A stretch of DNA of 64,000 nt from Lingula anatina (taxonomy: Eukaryota > Animalia > Brachiopoda): assembly GCA_051362555.1 (NCBI GenBank), contig JBPQGU010000013.1, positions 534,556 through 598,555 on the forward strand, read 5' to 3'. How positions within the stretch are numbered: the first letter of the stretch is position 1; every line of letters starts with the position of its first letter. The position numbers and the translations under genes are program-made. The notes beneath the pieces were generated by a model, which was given only the letters and a program-made list of their open reading frames with translations, was not told where the DNA came from and made no database searches. Shown piece by piece: positions 1 through 13,800 of this stretch.

Positions 1-3000
1 TTTTGGTGATTTTGAGTGATTTTGAACAGTGCCGGCACTGTGAGATTTCTTCAATTTTGGCCAGGTAGGGATGAAAATTTTTTTTCTTCATTATAGTGTC
101 AGGTAGGTGTGTTCGGTCATTTGTAGTAAGAATAAAGTGCTGGAAGAGTGGTGGTGTCAACATTAAGGAAGAAATAGAGCAAAAACTCTCTCTCCCCCCC
201 CCCTCTCAGATTCTGTTCTCAGAGCTTATTTTTGGATCATTTTTAAAGCTAGAATTGGGGGCCTTGATGAAGTGACCCGGGCGCGTTTCCACATTTTTTA
301 TGAATGACAGGTGTGGTAGATTGATTTTCCTCACTTTTTGGAAAAATCGGAGACGGGTCGATTTTTGGTGATTTTGAGTGATTTTGAACAGTGAAGGCAC
401 TGTGAGATTTCTTCAATTTTGGCCAGGTAGGGATGAAAATTTTTTTTCTTCATTATAGTGTCAGGTAGGTGTGTTCGGTCATTTGTAGTAAGAATAAAGT
501 GCTGGAAGAGTGGTGGTGTCAACATTAAGGAAGAAATAGAGCAAAAACTCTCTCTCCCCCCCCCCCCCCTCTCAGATTCTGTTCTCAGAGCTTATTTTTG
601 GATCATCTTTAAAGCTAGAATTGGGGGCCTTGATGAAGTGACCCGGGCGCGTTTCCACATTTTTTATGAATGACAGGTGTGGTAGATTGATTTTCCTCAC
701 TTTTTGGAAAAATCGGAGACGGGTCGATTTTTGGTGATTTTGAGTGATTTTGAACAGTGCCGGCACTGTGAGATTTCTTCAATTTTGGCCAGGTAGGGAT
801 GAAAATTTTTTTTCTTCATTATAGTGTCAGGTAGGTGTGTTCGGTCATTTGTAGTAAGAATAAAGTGCTGGAAGAGTGGTGGTGTCAACATTAAGGAAGA
901 AATAGAGCAAAAACTCTCTCTCCCCCCCCCCCCTCTCAGATTCTGTTCTCAGAGCTTATTTTTGGATCATCTTTAAAGCTAGAATTGGGGGCCTTGATGA
1001 AGTGACCCGGGCGCGTTTCCACATTTTTTATGAATGACAGGTGTGGTAGATTGATTTTCCTCACTTTTTGGAAAAATCGGAGACGGGTCGATTTTTGGTG
1101 ATTTTGAGTGATTTTGAACAGTGCCGGCACTGTGAGATTTCTTCAATTTTGGCCAGGTAGGGATGAAAATTTTTTTTCTTCATTATAGTGTCAGGTAGGT
1201 GTGTTCGGTCATTTGTAGTAAGAATAAAGTGCTGGAAGAGTGGTGGTGTCAACATTAAGGAAGAAATAGAGCAAAAACTCTCTCTCCCCCCCCCCTCTCA
1301 GATTCTGTTCTCAGAGCTTCTTTTTGGATCATCTTTAAAGCTAGAATTGGGGGCCTTGATGAAGTGACCCGGGCGCGTTTCCACATTTTTTATGAATGAC
1401 AGGTGTGGTAGATTGATTTTCCTCACTTTTTGGAAAAATCGGAGACGGGTCGATTTTTGGTGATTTTGAGTGATTTTGAACAGTGCCGGCACTGTGAGAT
1501 TTCTTCAATTTTGGCCAGGTAGGGATGAAAATTTTTTTTCTTCATTATAGTGTCAGGTAGGTGTGTTCGGTCATTTGTAGTAAGAATAAAGTGCTGGAAG
1601 AGTGGTGGTGTCAACATTAAGGAAGAAATAGAGCAAAAACTTTCTCTCCCCCCCCCCTCTCAGATTCTGTTCTCAGAGCTTATTTTTGGATCATCTTTAA
1701 AGCTAGAATTGGGGGCCTTGATGAAGTGACCCGGGCGCGTTTCCACATTTTTTATGAATGACAGGTGTGGTAGATTGATTTTCCTCACTTTTTGGAAAAA
1801 TCGGAGACGGGTCGATTTTTGGTGATTTTGAGTGATTTTGAACAGTGCCGGCACTGTGAGATTTCTTCAATTTTGGCCAGGTAGGGATGAAAATTTTTTT
1901 TCTTCATTATAGTGTCAGGTAGGTGTGTTCGGTCATTTGTAGTAAGAATAAAGTGCTGGAAGAGTGGTGGTGTCAACATTAAGGAAGAAATAGAGCAAAA
2001 ACTCTCTCTCCCCCCCCCCTCTCAGATTCTGTTCTCAGAGCTTCTTTTTGGATCATCTTTAAAGCTAGAATTGGGGGCCTTGATGAAGTGACCCGGGCGC
2101 GTTTCCACATTTTTTATGAATGACAGGTGTGGTAGATTGATTTTCCTCACTTTTTGGAAAAATCGGAGACGGGTCGATTTTTGGTGATTTTGAGTGATTT
2201 TGAACAGTGCCGGCACTGTGAGATTTCTTCAATTTTGGCCAGGTAGGGATGAAAATTTTTTTTCTTCATTATAGTGTCAGGTAGGTGTGTTCGGTCATTT
2301 GTAGTAAGAATAAAGTGCTGGAAGAGTGGTGGTGTCAACATTAAGGAAGAAATAGAGCAAAAACTCTCTCTCCCCCCCCCTCTCAGATTCTGTTCTCAGA
2401 GCTTCTTTTTGGATCATCTTTAAAGCTAGAATTGGGGGCCTTGATGAAGTGACCCGGGCGCGTTTCCACATTTTTTATGAATGACAGGTGTGGTAGATTG
2501 ATTTTCCTCACTTTTTGGAAAAATCGGAGACTTGTCGATTTTTGGTGATTTTGAGTGATTTTGAACAGTGCCGGCACTGTGAGATTTCTTCAATTTTGGC
2601 CAGGTAGGGATGAAAATTTTTTTTCTTCATTATAGTGTCAGGTAGGTGTGTTTGGTCATTTGTAGTAAGAATAAAGTGCTGGAAGAGTGGTGGTGTCAAC
2701 ATTAAGGAAGAAATAGAGCAAAAACTCTCTCTCCCCCCCCCCTCTCAGATTCTGTTCTCAGAGCTTATTTTTGGATCATCTTTAAAGCTAGAATTGGGGG
2801 CCTTGATGAAGTGACCCGGGCGCGTTTCCACATTTTTTATGAATGACAGGTGTGGTAGATTGATTTTCCTCACTTTTTGGAAAAATCGGAGACGGGTCGA
2901 TTTTTGGTGATTTTGAGTGATTTTGAACAGTGCCGGCACTGTGAGATTTCTTCAATTTTGGCCAGGTAGGGATGAAAATTTTTTTCTTCATTATAGTGTC

Positions 3001-4386
3001 AGGTAGGTGTGTTCGGTCATTTGTAGTAAGAATAAAGTGCTGGAAGAGTGGTGGTGTCAACATTAAGGAAGAAATAGAGCAAAAACTCTCTCTCCCCCCC
3101 CCCTCTCAGATTCTGTTCTCAGAGCTTATTTTTGGATCATCTTTAAAGCTAGAATTGGGGGCCTTGATGAAGTGACCCGGGCGCGTTTCCACATTTTTTA
3201 TGAATGACAGGTGTGGTAGATTGATTTTCCTCACTTTTTGGAAAAATCGGAGACGGGTCAATTTTTGGTAATTTTGAGTGATTTTGAACAGTGCCGGCAC
3301 TGTGAGATTTCTTCAATTTTGGCCAGGTAGGGATGAAAATTTTTTTTCTTCATTATAGTGTCAGGTAGGTGTGTTCGGTCATTTGTAGTAAGAATAAAGT
3401 GCTGGAAGAGTGGTGGTGTCAACATTAAGGAAGAAATAGAGCAAAAACTCTCTCTCCCACCCCCCCTCTCAGATTCTGTTCTCAGAGCTTATTTTTGGAT
3501 CATCTTTAAAGCTAGAATTGGGGGCCTTGATGAAGTGACCCGGGCGCGTTTCCACATTTTTTATGAATGACAGGTGTGGTAGATTGATTTTCCTCACTTT
3601 TTGGAAAAATCGGAGACGGGTCGATTTTTGGTGATTTTGAGTGATTTTGAACAGTGCCGGCACTGTGAGATTTCTTTCAATTGGCCAGGTAGGGATGAAA
3701 ATTTTTTTTCTTCATTATAGTGTCAGGTAGGTGTGTTCGGTCATTTGTAGTAAGAATAAAGTGCTGGAAGAGTGGTGGTGTCAACATTAAGGAAGAAATA
3801 GAGCAAAAACTCTCTCTCCACCCCCCCCTCTCAGATTCTGTTCTCAGAGCTTATTTTTGGATCATCTTTAAAGCTAGAATTGGGGGCCTTGATGAAGTGA
3901 CCCGGGCGCGTTTCCACATTTTTTATGAATGACAGGTGTGGTAGATTGATTTTCCTCACTTTGTGGAAAAATCGGAGACGGGTCGATTTTTGGTGATTTT
4001 GAGTGATTTTGAACAGTGCCGGCACTGTGAGATTTCTTCAATTTTGGCCAGGTAGGGATGAAAATTTTTTTTCTTCATTATAGTGTCAGGTAGGTGTGTT
4101 CGGTCATTTGTAGTAAGAATAAAGTGCTGGAAGAGTGGTGGTGTCAACATTAAGGAAGAAATAGAGCAAAAACTCTCTCTCCCCCCCCCCCCTCTCAGAT
4201 TCTGTTCTCAGAGCTTATTTTTGGATCATCTTTAAAGCTAGAATTGGGGGCCTTGATGAAGTGACCCGGGCGCATTTCCACATTTTTTATGAATGACAGG
4301 TGTGGTAGATTGATTTTCCTCACTTTTTGGAAAAATCGGAGACGGGTCGATTTTTGGTGATTTTGAGTGATTTTGAACAGTGCCGG

Positions 4387-4876
4387 TGTCACGTGAAGAA
4401 ACCGTCGTCGTGAATAAACCGTTCTGACGGATTATTCAAGCGGGGGTAGCAGTCTGTTGACTTACAGTACGTAGCTGCACATGCATTTCCAACATTTCCC
4501 CGTAGAGAAAGTTGTAGTATTATCAAACACACAATTTCTTTTTAATGAAAATGACTGAACTCTGAATTGAAAGAACATTGTAGAGTGAAAACATTCGAGT
4601 CTACGATCTACCACGCTTTTCACACAGAGCAAAACAGTTCAGTCACAATCAAAAGCTCACTTCCAACATTCCCCCGTATACTGTAGTAATAAGATTATCA
4701 AATACATACTCTCTCATGACGAAAGCCACTGAATTATGAATTGAAAGATCATAGTTCAGTGCAAACATAGCGCCTACTTAGGACGACATCGTCATACCGG
4801 AAGTTACTTCTTTCAATCTACCCTCAATGCGCATGTGCAGAACGGTTTCGTCACGGCACGGGTCTATCATGCCACA
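4387..4876. mobile_element. Non-autonomous 490-bp TIR element, Ginger1-like, inserted in a satellite monomer
   Basis: Empty site in other monomers is acagtgCCGGcactgt. Here CCGG is duplicated (4383-4386 and 4877-4880). Termini are TGTCA…CCACA with ~40-bp imperfect TIRs sharing gtgaNNaaaccgttctg. No ORF. TGT…ACA ends plus a 4-bp CCGG TSD match what is described for Ginger1. Confidence 0.85.
4487..4768. repeat. Diverged ~107-bp internal direct repeat in the inserted element
   Basis: ttccaacatt(t/c)ccccgta…attatcaaa…actgaa…tgaattgaaaga…gtg(a/c)aaacat occurs at ~4487-4593 and ~4661-4768. Confidence 0.8.
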
Positions 4877-7800
4877 CCGGCACTGTGAGATTTCTTCAAT
4901 TTTGGCCAGGTAGGGATGAAAATTTTTTTTCTTCATTATAGTGTCAGGTAGGTGTGTTCGGTCATTTGTAGTAAGAATAAAGTGCTGGAAGAGTGGTGGT
5001 GTCAACATTAAGGAAGAAATAGAGCAAAAACTCTCTCTCCCCCCCCCCCCTCTCAGATTCTGTTCTCAGAGCTTATTTTTGGATCATCTTTAAAGCTAGA
5101 ATTGGGGGCCTTGATGAAGTGACCCGGGCACGTTTCCACATTTTTTATGAATGACAGGTGTGGTAGATTGATTTTCCTCACTTTTTGGAAAAATCGGAGA
5201 CGGGTCGATTTTTGGTGATTTTGAGTGATTTTGAACAGTGCCGGCACTGTGAGATTTCTTCAATTTTGGCCAGGTAGGGATGAAAATTTTTTTTCTTCAT
5301 TATAGTGTCAGGTAGGTGTGTTCGGTCATTTGTAGTAAGAATAAAGTGCTGGAAGAGTGGTGGTGTCAACATTAAGGAAGAAATAGAGCAAAAACTCTCT
5401 CTCCCCCCCCCCCTCTCAGATTCTGTTCTCAAAGCTTATTTTTGGATCATCTTTAAAGCTAGAATTGGGGGCCTTGATGAAGTGACCCGGGCGCGTTTCC
5501 ACATTTTTTATGAATGACAGGTGTGGTAGATTGATTTTCCTCACTTTTTGGAAAAATCGGAGACGGGTCGATTTTTGGTGATTTTGAGTGATTTTGAACA
5601 GTGCCGGCACTGTGAGATTTCTTCAATTTTGGCCAGGTAGGGATGAAAATTTTTTTTCTTCATTATTGTGTCAGGTAGGTGTGTTCGGTCATTTGTAGTA
5701 AGAATAAAGTGCTGGAAGAGTGGTGGTGTCAACATTAAGGAAGAAATAGAGCAAAAACTCTCTCTCCCCCCCCCCCCTCTCAGATTCTGTTCTCAGAGCT
5801 TATTTTTGGATCATCTTTAAAGCTAGAATTGGGGGCCTTGATGAAGTGACCCGGGCGCATTTCCACATTTTTTATGAATGACAGGTGTGGTAGATTGATT
5901 TTCCTCACTTTTTGGAAAAATCGGAGACGGGTCGATTTTTGGTGATTTTGAGTGATTTTGAACAGTGCCGGCACTGTGAGATTTCTTCAATTTTGGCCAG
6001 GTAGGGATGAAAATTTTTTTTCTTCATTATAGTGTCAGGTAGGTGTGTTCGGTCATTTGTAGTAAGAATAAAGTGCTGGAAGAGTGGTGGTGTCAACATT
6101 AAGGAAGAAATAGAGCAAAAACTCTCTCTCCCCCCCCCCCCTCTCAGATTCTGTTCTCAGAGCTTATTTTTGGATCATCTTTAAAGCTAGAATTGGGGGC
6201 CTTGATGAAGTGACCCGGGCGCGTTTCCACATTTTTTATGAATGACAGGTGTGGTAGATTGATTTTCCTCACTTTTTGGAAAAATCGGAGACGGGTCGAT
6301 TTTTGGTGATTTTGAGTGATTTTGAACAGTGCCGGCACTGTGAGATTTCTTCAATTTTGGCCAGGTAGGGATGAAAATTTTTTTTCTTCATTATAGTGTC
6401 AGGTAGGTGTGTTCGGTCATTTGTAGTAAGAATAAAGTGCTGGAAGAGTGGTGGTGTCAACATTAAGGAAGAAATAGAGCAAAAACTCTCTCCCCCCCCC
6501 CCTCTCAGATTCTGTTCTCAGAGCTTCTTTTTGGATCATCTTTAAAGCTAGAATTGGGGGCCTTGATGAAGTGACCCGGGCGCGTTTCCACATTTTTTAT
6601 GAATGACAGGTGTGGTAGATTGATTTTCCTCACTTTTTGGAAAAATCGGAGACGGGTCGATTTTTGGTGATTTTGAGTGATTTTGAACAGTGCCGGCACT
6701 GTGAGATTTCTTCAATTTTGGCCAGGTAGGGATGAAAATTTTTTTTCTTCATTATAGTGTCAGGTAGGTGTGTTCGGTCATTTGTAGTAAGAATAAAGTG
6801 CTGGAAGAGTGGTGGTGTCAACATTAAGGAAGAAATAGAGCAAAAACTCTCTCTCCCCCCCCCCCCCCCCCTCTCAGATTCTGTTCTCAGAGCTTATTTT
6901 TGGATCATCTTTAAAGCTAGAATTGGGGGCCTTGATGAAGTGACCCGGGCGCGTTTCCACATTTTTTATGAATGACAGGTGTGGTAGATTGATTTTCCTC
7001 ACTTTTTGGAAAAATCGGAGACGGGTCGATTTTTGGTGATTTTGAGTGATTTTGAACAGTGCCGGCACTGTGAGATTTCTTCAATTTTGGCCAGGTAGGG
7101 ATGAAAATTTTTTTTCTTCATTATAGTGTCAGGTAGGTGTGTTCGGTCATTTGTAGTAAGAATAAAGTGCTGGAAGAGTGGTGGTGTCAACATTAAGGAA
7201 GAAATAGAGCAAAAACTCTCTCTCCCACCCCCCCCTCTCAGATTCTGTTCTCAGAGCTTATTTTTGGATCATCTTTAAAGCTAGAATTGGGGGCCTTGAT
7301 GAAGTGACCCGGGCGCGTTTCCACATTTTTTATGAATGACAGGTGTGGTAGATTGATTTTCCTCACTTTTTGGAAAAATCGGAGACGGGTCGATTTTTGG
7401 TGATTTTGAGTGATTTTGAACAGTGCCGGCACTGTGAGATTTCTTTCAATTGGCCAGGTAGGGATGAAAATTTTTTTTCTTCATTATAGTGTCAGGTAGG
7501 TGTGTTCTGTGTTCGGTCATTTGTAGTAAGAATAAAGTGCTGGAAGAGTGGTGGTGTCAACATTAAGGAAGAAATAGAGCAAAATCTCTCTCTCCCCCCC
7601 CCCTCTCAGATTCTGTTCTCAGAGCTTATTTTTGGATCATCTTTAAAGCTAGAATTGGGGGCCTTGATGAAGTGACCCGGGCGCGTTTCCACATTTTTTA
7701 TGAATGACAGGTGTGGTAGATTGATTTTCCTCACTTTTTGGAAAAATCGGAGACGGGTCGATTTTTGGTGATTTTGAGTGATTTTGAACAGTGCCGGCAC

Positions 7801-10800
7801 TGTGAGATTTCTTCAATTTTGGCCAGGTAGGGATGAAAATTTTTTTTCTTCATTATAGTGTCAGGTAGGTGTGTTCGGTCATTTGTAGTAAGAATAAAGT
7901 GCTGGAAGAGTGGTGGTGTCAACATTAAGGAAGAAATAGAGCAAAAACTCTCTCTCCCCCCCCCTCTCAGATTCTGTTCTCAGAGCTTATTTTTGGATCA
8001 TCTTTAAAGCTAGAATTGGGGGCCTTGATGAAGTGACCCGGGCGCGTTTCCACATTTTTTATGAATGACAGGTGTGGTAGATTGATTTTCCTCACTTTTT
8101 TGAAAAATCGGAGACGGGTCGATTTTTGGTGATTTTGAGTGATTTTGAACAGTGCCGGCACTGTGAGATTTCTTCAATTTTGGCCAGGTAGGGATGAAAA
8201 TTTTTTTTCTTCATTATAGTGTCAGGTAGGTGTGTTCGGTCATTTGTAGTAAGAATAAAGTGCTGGAAGAGTGGTGGTGTCAACATTAAGGAAGAAATAG
8301 AGCAAAAACTCTCTCTCCCCCCCCCCTCTCAGATTCTGTTCTCAGAGCTTATTTTTGGATCATCTTTAAAGCTAGAATTGGGGGCCTTGATGAAGTGACC
8401 CGGGCGCGTTTCCACATTTTTTATGAATGACAGGTGTGGTAGATTGATTTTCCTCACTTTTTGGAAAAATCGGAGACGGGTCGATTTTTGGTGATTTTGA
8501 GTGATTTTGAACAGTGCCGGCACTGTGAGATTTCTTCAATTTTGGCCAGGTAGGGATGAAAATTTTTTTTCTTCATTATAGTGTCAGGTAGGTGTGTTCG
8601 GTCATTTGTAGTAAGAATAAAGTGCTGGAAGAGTGGTGGTGTCAACATTAAGGAAGAAATAGAGCAAAAACTCTCTCTCCCCCCCCCCTCTCAGATTCTG
8701 TTCTCAGAGCTTATTTTTGGATCATCTTTAAAGCTAGAATTGGGGGCCTTGATGAAGTGACCCGGGCCATTTCCACATTTTTTATGAATGACAGGTGTGG
8801 TAGATTGATTTTCCTCACTTTTTGGAAAAATCGGAGACGGGTCGATTTTTGGTGATTTTGAGTGATTTTGAACAGTGCCGGCACTGTGAGATTTCTTCAA
8901 TTTTGGCCAGGTAGGGATGAAAATTTTTTTTCTTCATTATAGTGTCAGGTAGGTGTGTTCGGTCATTTGTAGTAAGAATAAAGTGCTGGAAGAGTGGTGG
9001 TGTCAACATTAAGGAAGAAATAGAGCAAAAACTCTCTCTCTCCCCCCCCCCCTCTCAGATTCTGTTCTCAGAGCTTATTTTTGGATCATCTTTAAAGCTA
9101 GAATTGGGGGCCTTGATGAAGTGACCCGGGCGCGTTTCCACATTTTTTATGAATGACAGGTGTGGTAGATTGATTTTCCTCACTTTTTGGAAAAATCGGA
9201 GACGGGTCGATTTTTGGTGATTTTGAGTGATTTTGAACAGTGCCGGCACTGTGAGATTTCTTCAATTTTGGCCAGGTAGGGATGAAAATTTTTTTTCTTC
9301 ATTATAGTGTCAGGTAGGTGTGTTCGGTCATTTGTAGTAAGAATAAAGTGCTGGAAGAGTGGTGGTGTCAACATTAAGGAAGAAATAGAGCAAAAACTCT
9401 CTCTCCCCCCCCCTCTCAGATTCTGTTCTCAGAGCTTATTTTTGGATCATCTTTAAAGCTAGAATTGGGGGCCTTGATGAAGTGACCCGGGCGCGTTTCT
9501 ACATTTTTTATGAATGACAGGTGTGGTAGATTGATTTTCGTCACTTTTTGGAAAAATCGGAGACGGGTCGATTTTTGGTGATTTTGAGTGATTTTGAACA
9601 GTGCCAGCACTGTGAGATTTCTTCAATTTTGGCCAGGTAGGGATGAAATTTTTTTTTCTTCATTATAGTGTCAGGTAGGTGTGGTCGTTCATTTGTAGTA
9701 AGAATAAAGTGCTGGAAGAGTGGTGGTGTCAACATTAAGGAAGAAATAGAGCAAAAACTCTCTCTCCCCCCCCCCCCCCTCTCAGATTCTGTTCTCAGAG
9801 CTTATTTTTGGATCATCTTTAAAGCTAGAATTGGGGGCCTTGATGAAGTGACCTGGGCGCGTTTCCACATTTTTTATGAATGACAGGTGTGGTAGATTGA
9901 TTTTCGTCACTTTTTGGAAAAATCGGAGACGGGTCGATTTTTGGTGATTTTGAGTGATTTTGAACAGTGCCGGCACTGTGAGATTTCTTCAATTTTGGCC
10001 AGGTAGGGACTAAATTTTTTTTCTTCATTATAGTGTCAGGTAGGTGTGTTCGGTCATTTGTAGTAAGAATAAAGTGCTGGAAGAGTGGTGGTGTCAACAT
10101 TAAGGAAGAAATAGAGCAAAAACTCTCTCTCCCCCCCCCCCTCTCAGATTCTGTTCTCAGAGCTTATTTTTGGATCATCTTTAAAGCTAGAATTGGGGGC
10201 CTTGATGAAGTGACCCGGGCGCGTTTCCACATTTTTTATGAATGACAGGTGTGGTAGATTGATTTTCGTCACTTTTTGGAAAAATCGGAGACGGGTCGAT
10301 TTTTGGTGATTTTGAGTGATTTTGAACAGTGCCGGCACTGTGAGATTTCTTCAATTTTGGCCAGGTAGGGATGAAATTTTTTTTTCTTCATTATAGTGTC
10401 AGGTAGGTGTGTTCGGTCATTTGTAGTAAGAATAAAGTGCTGGAAGAGTGGTGGTGTCAACATTAAGGAAGAAATAGAGCAAAAACTCTCTCTCCCCCCC
10501 TCTCTCAGATTCTGTTCTCAGAGCTTATTTTTGGATCATCTTTAAAGCTAGAATTGGGGGCCTTGATGAAGTGACCCGGGCGCGTTTCCACATTTTTTAT
10601 GAATGACAGGTGTGGTAGATTGATTTTCGTCACTTTTTGGAAAAATCGGAGACGGGTCGATTTTTGGTGATTTTGAGTGATTTTGAACCGTGCCTGCACT
10701 GTGAGATTTCTTCAGTTTTGGCCAGGTAGGGATGAAAATTTTTTTTCTTCATTATAGTGTCAGGTAGGTGTGTTCTGTCATTTGTAGTAAGAATAAAGTG

Positions 10801-13800
10801 CTGGAAGAGTGGTGGTGTCAACATTAAGGAAGAAATAGAGCAAAAACTCTCTCTCCCCCCCCCCCCCCCTCTCAGATTCTGTTCTCAGAGCTTATTTTTG
10901 GATCATCTTTAAAGCTAGAATTGGGGGCCTTGATGAAGTGACCCGGGCGCGTTTCCACATTTTTTATGAATGACAGGTGTGGTAGATTGATTTTCGTCAC
11001 TTTTTGGAAAAATCGGAGACGGGTCGATTTTTGGTGATTTTGAGTGATTTTGAACAGTGCCGGCACTGTGAGATTTCTTCAATTTTGGCCAGGTAGGGAT
11101 GAAATTTTTTTTTTCTTCATTATAGTGTCAGGTAGGTGTGTTCGGTCATTTGTAGTAAGAATAAAGTGCTGGAAGAGTGGTGGTGTCAACATTAAGGAAG
11201 AAATAGAGCAAAAACTCTCTCTCCCCCCCCCCTCTCAGATTCTGTTCTCAGAGCTTATTTTTGGATCATCTTTAAAGCTAGAATTGGGGGCCTTGATGAA
11301 GTGACCCGGGCGCGTTTCCACATTTTTTATGAATGACAGGTGTGGTAGATTAATTTTCGTCACTTTTTGGAAAAATCGGAGACGGGTCGATTTTTGGTGA
11401 TTTTGAGTGATTTTGAACAGTGCCGGCACTGTGAGATTTCTTCAATTTTGGCCAGGTAGGGATGAAAATTTTTTTTCTTCATTATAGTGTCAGGTAGGTG
11501 TGTTCGGTCATTTGTAGTAAGAATAAAGTGCTGGAAGAGTGGTGGTGTCAACATTAAGGAAGAAATAGAGCAAAAACTCTCTCTCCCCCCCCCCTCTCAG
11601 ATTCTGTTCTCAGAGCTTATTTTTGGATCATCTTTAAAGCTAGAATTGGGGGCCTTGATGAAGTGACCCGGGCGCGTTTCCACATTTTTTATGAATGACA
11701 GGTGTGGTAGATTGATTTTCGTCACTTTTTGGAAAAATCGGAGACGGGTCGATTTTTGGTGATTTTGAGTGATTTTGAACAGTGCCGGCACTGTGAGATT
11801 TCTTCAATTTTGGCCAGGTAGGGATGAAATTTTTTTTTCTTCATTATAGTGTCAGGTAGGTGTGTTCGGTCATTTGTAGTAAGAATAAAGTGCTGGAAGA
11901 GTGGTGGTGTCAACATTAAGGAAGAAATAGAGCAAAAACTCTCTCTCCCCCCCCCCTCTCAGATTCTGTTCTCAGAGCTTATTTTTGGATCATCTTTAAA
12001 GCTAGAATAGGGGGCCTTGATGAAGTGACCCGGGCGCGTTTCCACATTTTTTATGAATGACAGGTGTGGTAGATTGATTTTCGTCACTTTTTGGAAAAAT
12101 CGGAGACGGGTCGATTTTTGGTGATTTTGAGTGATTTTGAACAGTGCCGGCACTGTGAGATTTCTTCAATTTTGGCCAGGTAGGGATGAAAATTTTTTTT
12201 CTTCATTATAGTGTCAGGTAGGTGTGTTCGGTCATTTGTAGTAAGAATAAAGTGCTGGAAGAGTGGTGGTGTCAACATTAAGGAAGAAATAGAGCAAAAA
12301 CTCTCTCTCCCCCCCCCTCTCAGATTCTGTTCTCAGAGCTTATTTTTGGATCATCTTTAAAGCTAGAATTGGGGGCCTTGATGAAGTGACCAGGGCGCGT
12401 TTCCACATTTTTTATGAATGACAGGTGTGGTAGATTGATTTTCGTCACTTTTTGGAAAAATCGGAGACTGGTCGATTTTTGGTGATTTTGAGTGATTTTG
12501 AACAGTGCCGGCACTGTGAGATTTCTTCAATTTTGGCCAGGTAGGGATGAAAATTTTTTTTCTTCATTATAGTGTCAGGTAGGTGTGTTCGGTCATTTGT
12601 AGTAAGAATAAAGTGCTGGAAGAGTGGTGGTGTCAACATTAAGGAAGAAATAGAGCAAAAACTCTCTCTCCCCCCCCCCCCTCTCAGATTCTGTTCTCAG
12701 AGCTTATTTTTGGATCATCTTTAAAAAGCTAGAATTGGGGGCCTCGATGAAGTGACCCGGGCGCGTTTCCACATTTTTTATGAATGACAGGTGTGGTAGA
12801 TTGATTTTCGTCACTTTTTGGAAAAATCGGAGACGGGTCGATTTTTGGTGATTTTGAGTGATTTTGAACAGTGCCGGCACTGTGAGATTTCTTCAATTTT
12901 GGCCAGGTAGGGATGAAAATTTTTTTTCTTCATTATAGTGTCAGGTAGGTGTGTTCGGTCATTTGTAGTAAGAATAAAGTGCTGGAAGAGTGGTGGTGTC
13001 AACATTAAGGAAGAAATAGAGCAAAAACTCTCTCTCCCCCCCCCCCCCTCTCAGATTCTGTTCTCAGAGCTTATTTTTGGATCATCTTTAAAGCTAGAAT
13101 AGGGGGCCTTGATGAAGTGACCCGGGCGCGTTTCCACATTTTTTATGAATGACAGGTGTGGTAGATTGATTTTCGTCACTTTTTGGAAAAATCGGAGACG
13201 GGTCGATTTTTGGTGATTTTGAGTGATTTTGAACAGTGCCGGCACTGTGAGATTTCTTCAATTTTGGCCAGGTAGGGATGAAAATTTTTTTTCTTCATTA
13301 TAGTGTCAGGTAGGTGTGTTCGGTCATTTGTAGTAAGAATAAAGTGCTGGAAGAGTGGTGGTGTCAACATTAAGGAAGAAATAGAGCAAAAACTCTCTCT
13401 CCCCCCCCTCTCAGATTCTGTTCTCAGAGCTTATTTTTGGATCATCTTTAAAGCTAGAATTGGGGGCCTTGATGAAGTGACCAGGGCGCGTTTCCACATT
13501 TTTTATGAATGACAGGTGTGGTAGATTGATTTTCGTCACTTTTTGGAAAAATCGGAGACTGGTCGATTTTTGGTGATTTTGAGTGATTTTGAACAGTGCC
13601 GGCACTGTGAGATTTCTTCAATTTTGGCCAGGTAGGGATGAAAATTTTTTTTCTTCATTATAGTGTCAGGTAGGTGTGTTCGGTCATTTGTAGTAAGAAT
13701 AAAGTGCTGGAAGAGTGGTGGTGTCAACATTAAGGAAGAAAAAGAGCAAAAACTCTCTCTCCCCCCCCCCCTCTCAGATTCTGTTCTCAGAGCTTATTTT

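Noticed and set aside
1-364. 5S rRNA, tRNA or snRNA tandem gene unit
   Set aside because: No recognisable RNA gene sequence, cloverleaf, or A/B/C box in the monomer.
343-366. CENP-B box (tcggagacggg)
   Set aside because: It does not fit TTCG-N4-A-N2-CGGG spacing, and the motif is altered in B.
4387-4876. Solo LTR interpretation of the insertion
   Set aside because: TG…CA ends and a 4-bp TSD would fit, but ~40-bp TIRs with repeated sub-motifs and the CCGG target favour a Ginger-type DNA element. Not fully excluded.
7501-7514. 7-bp tandem duplication tgtgttc in one monomer
   Set aside because: Ordinary slippage in a single copy.
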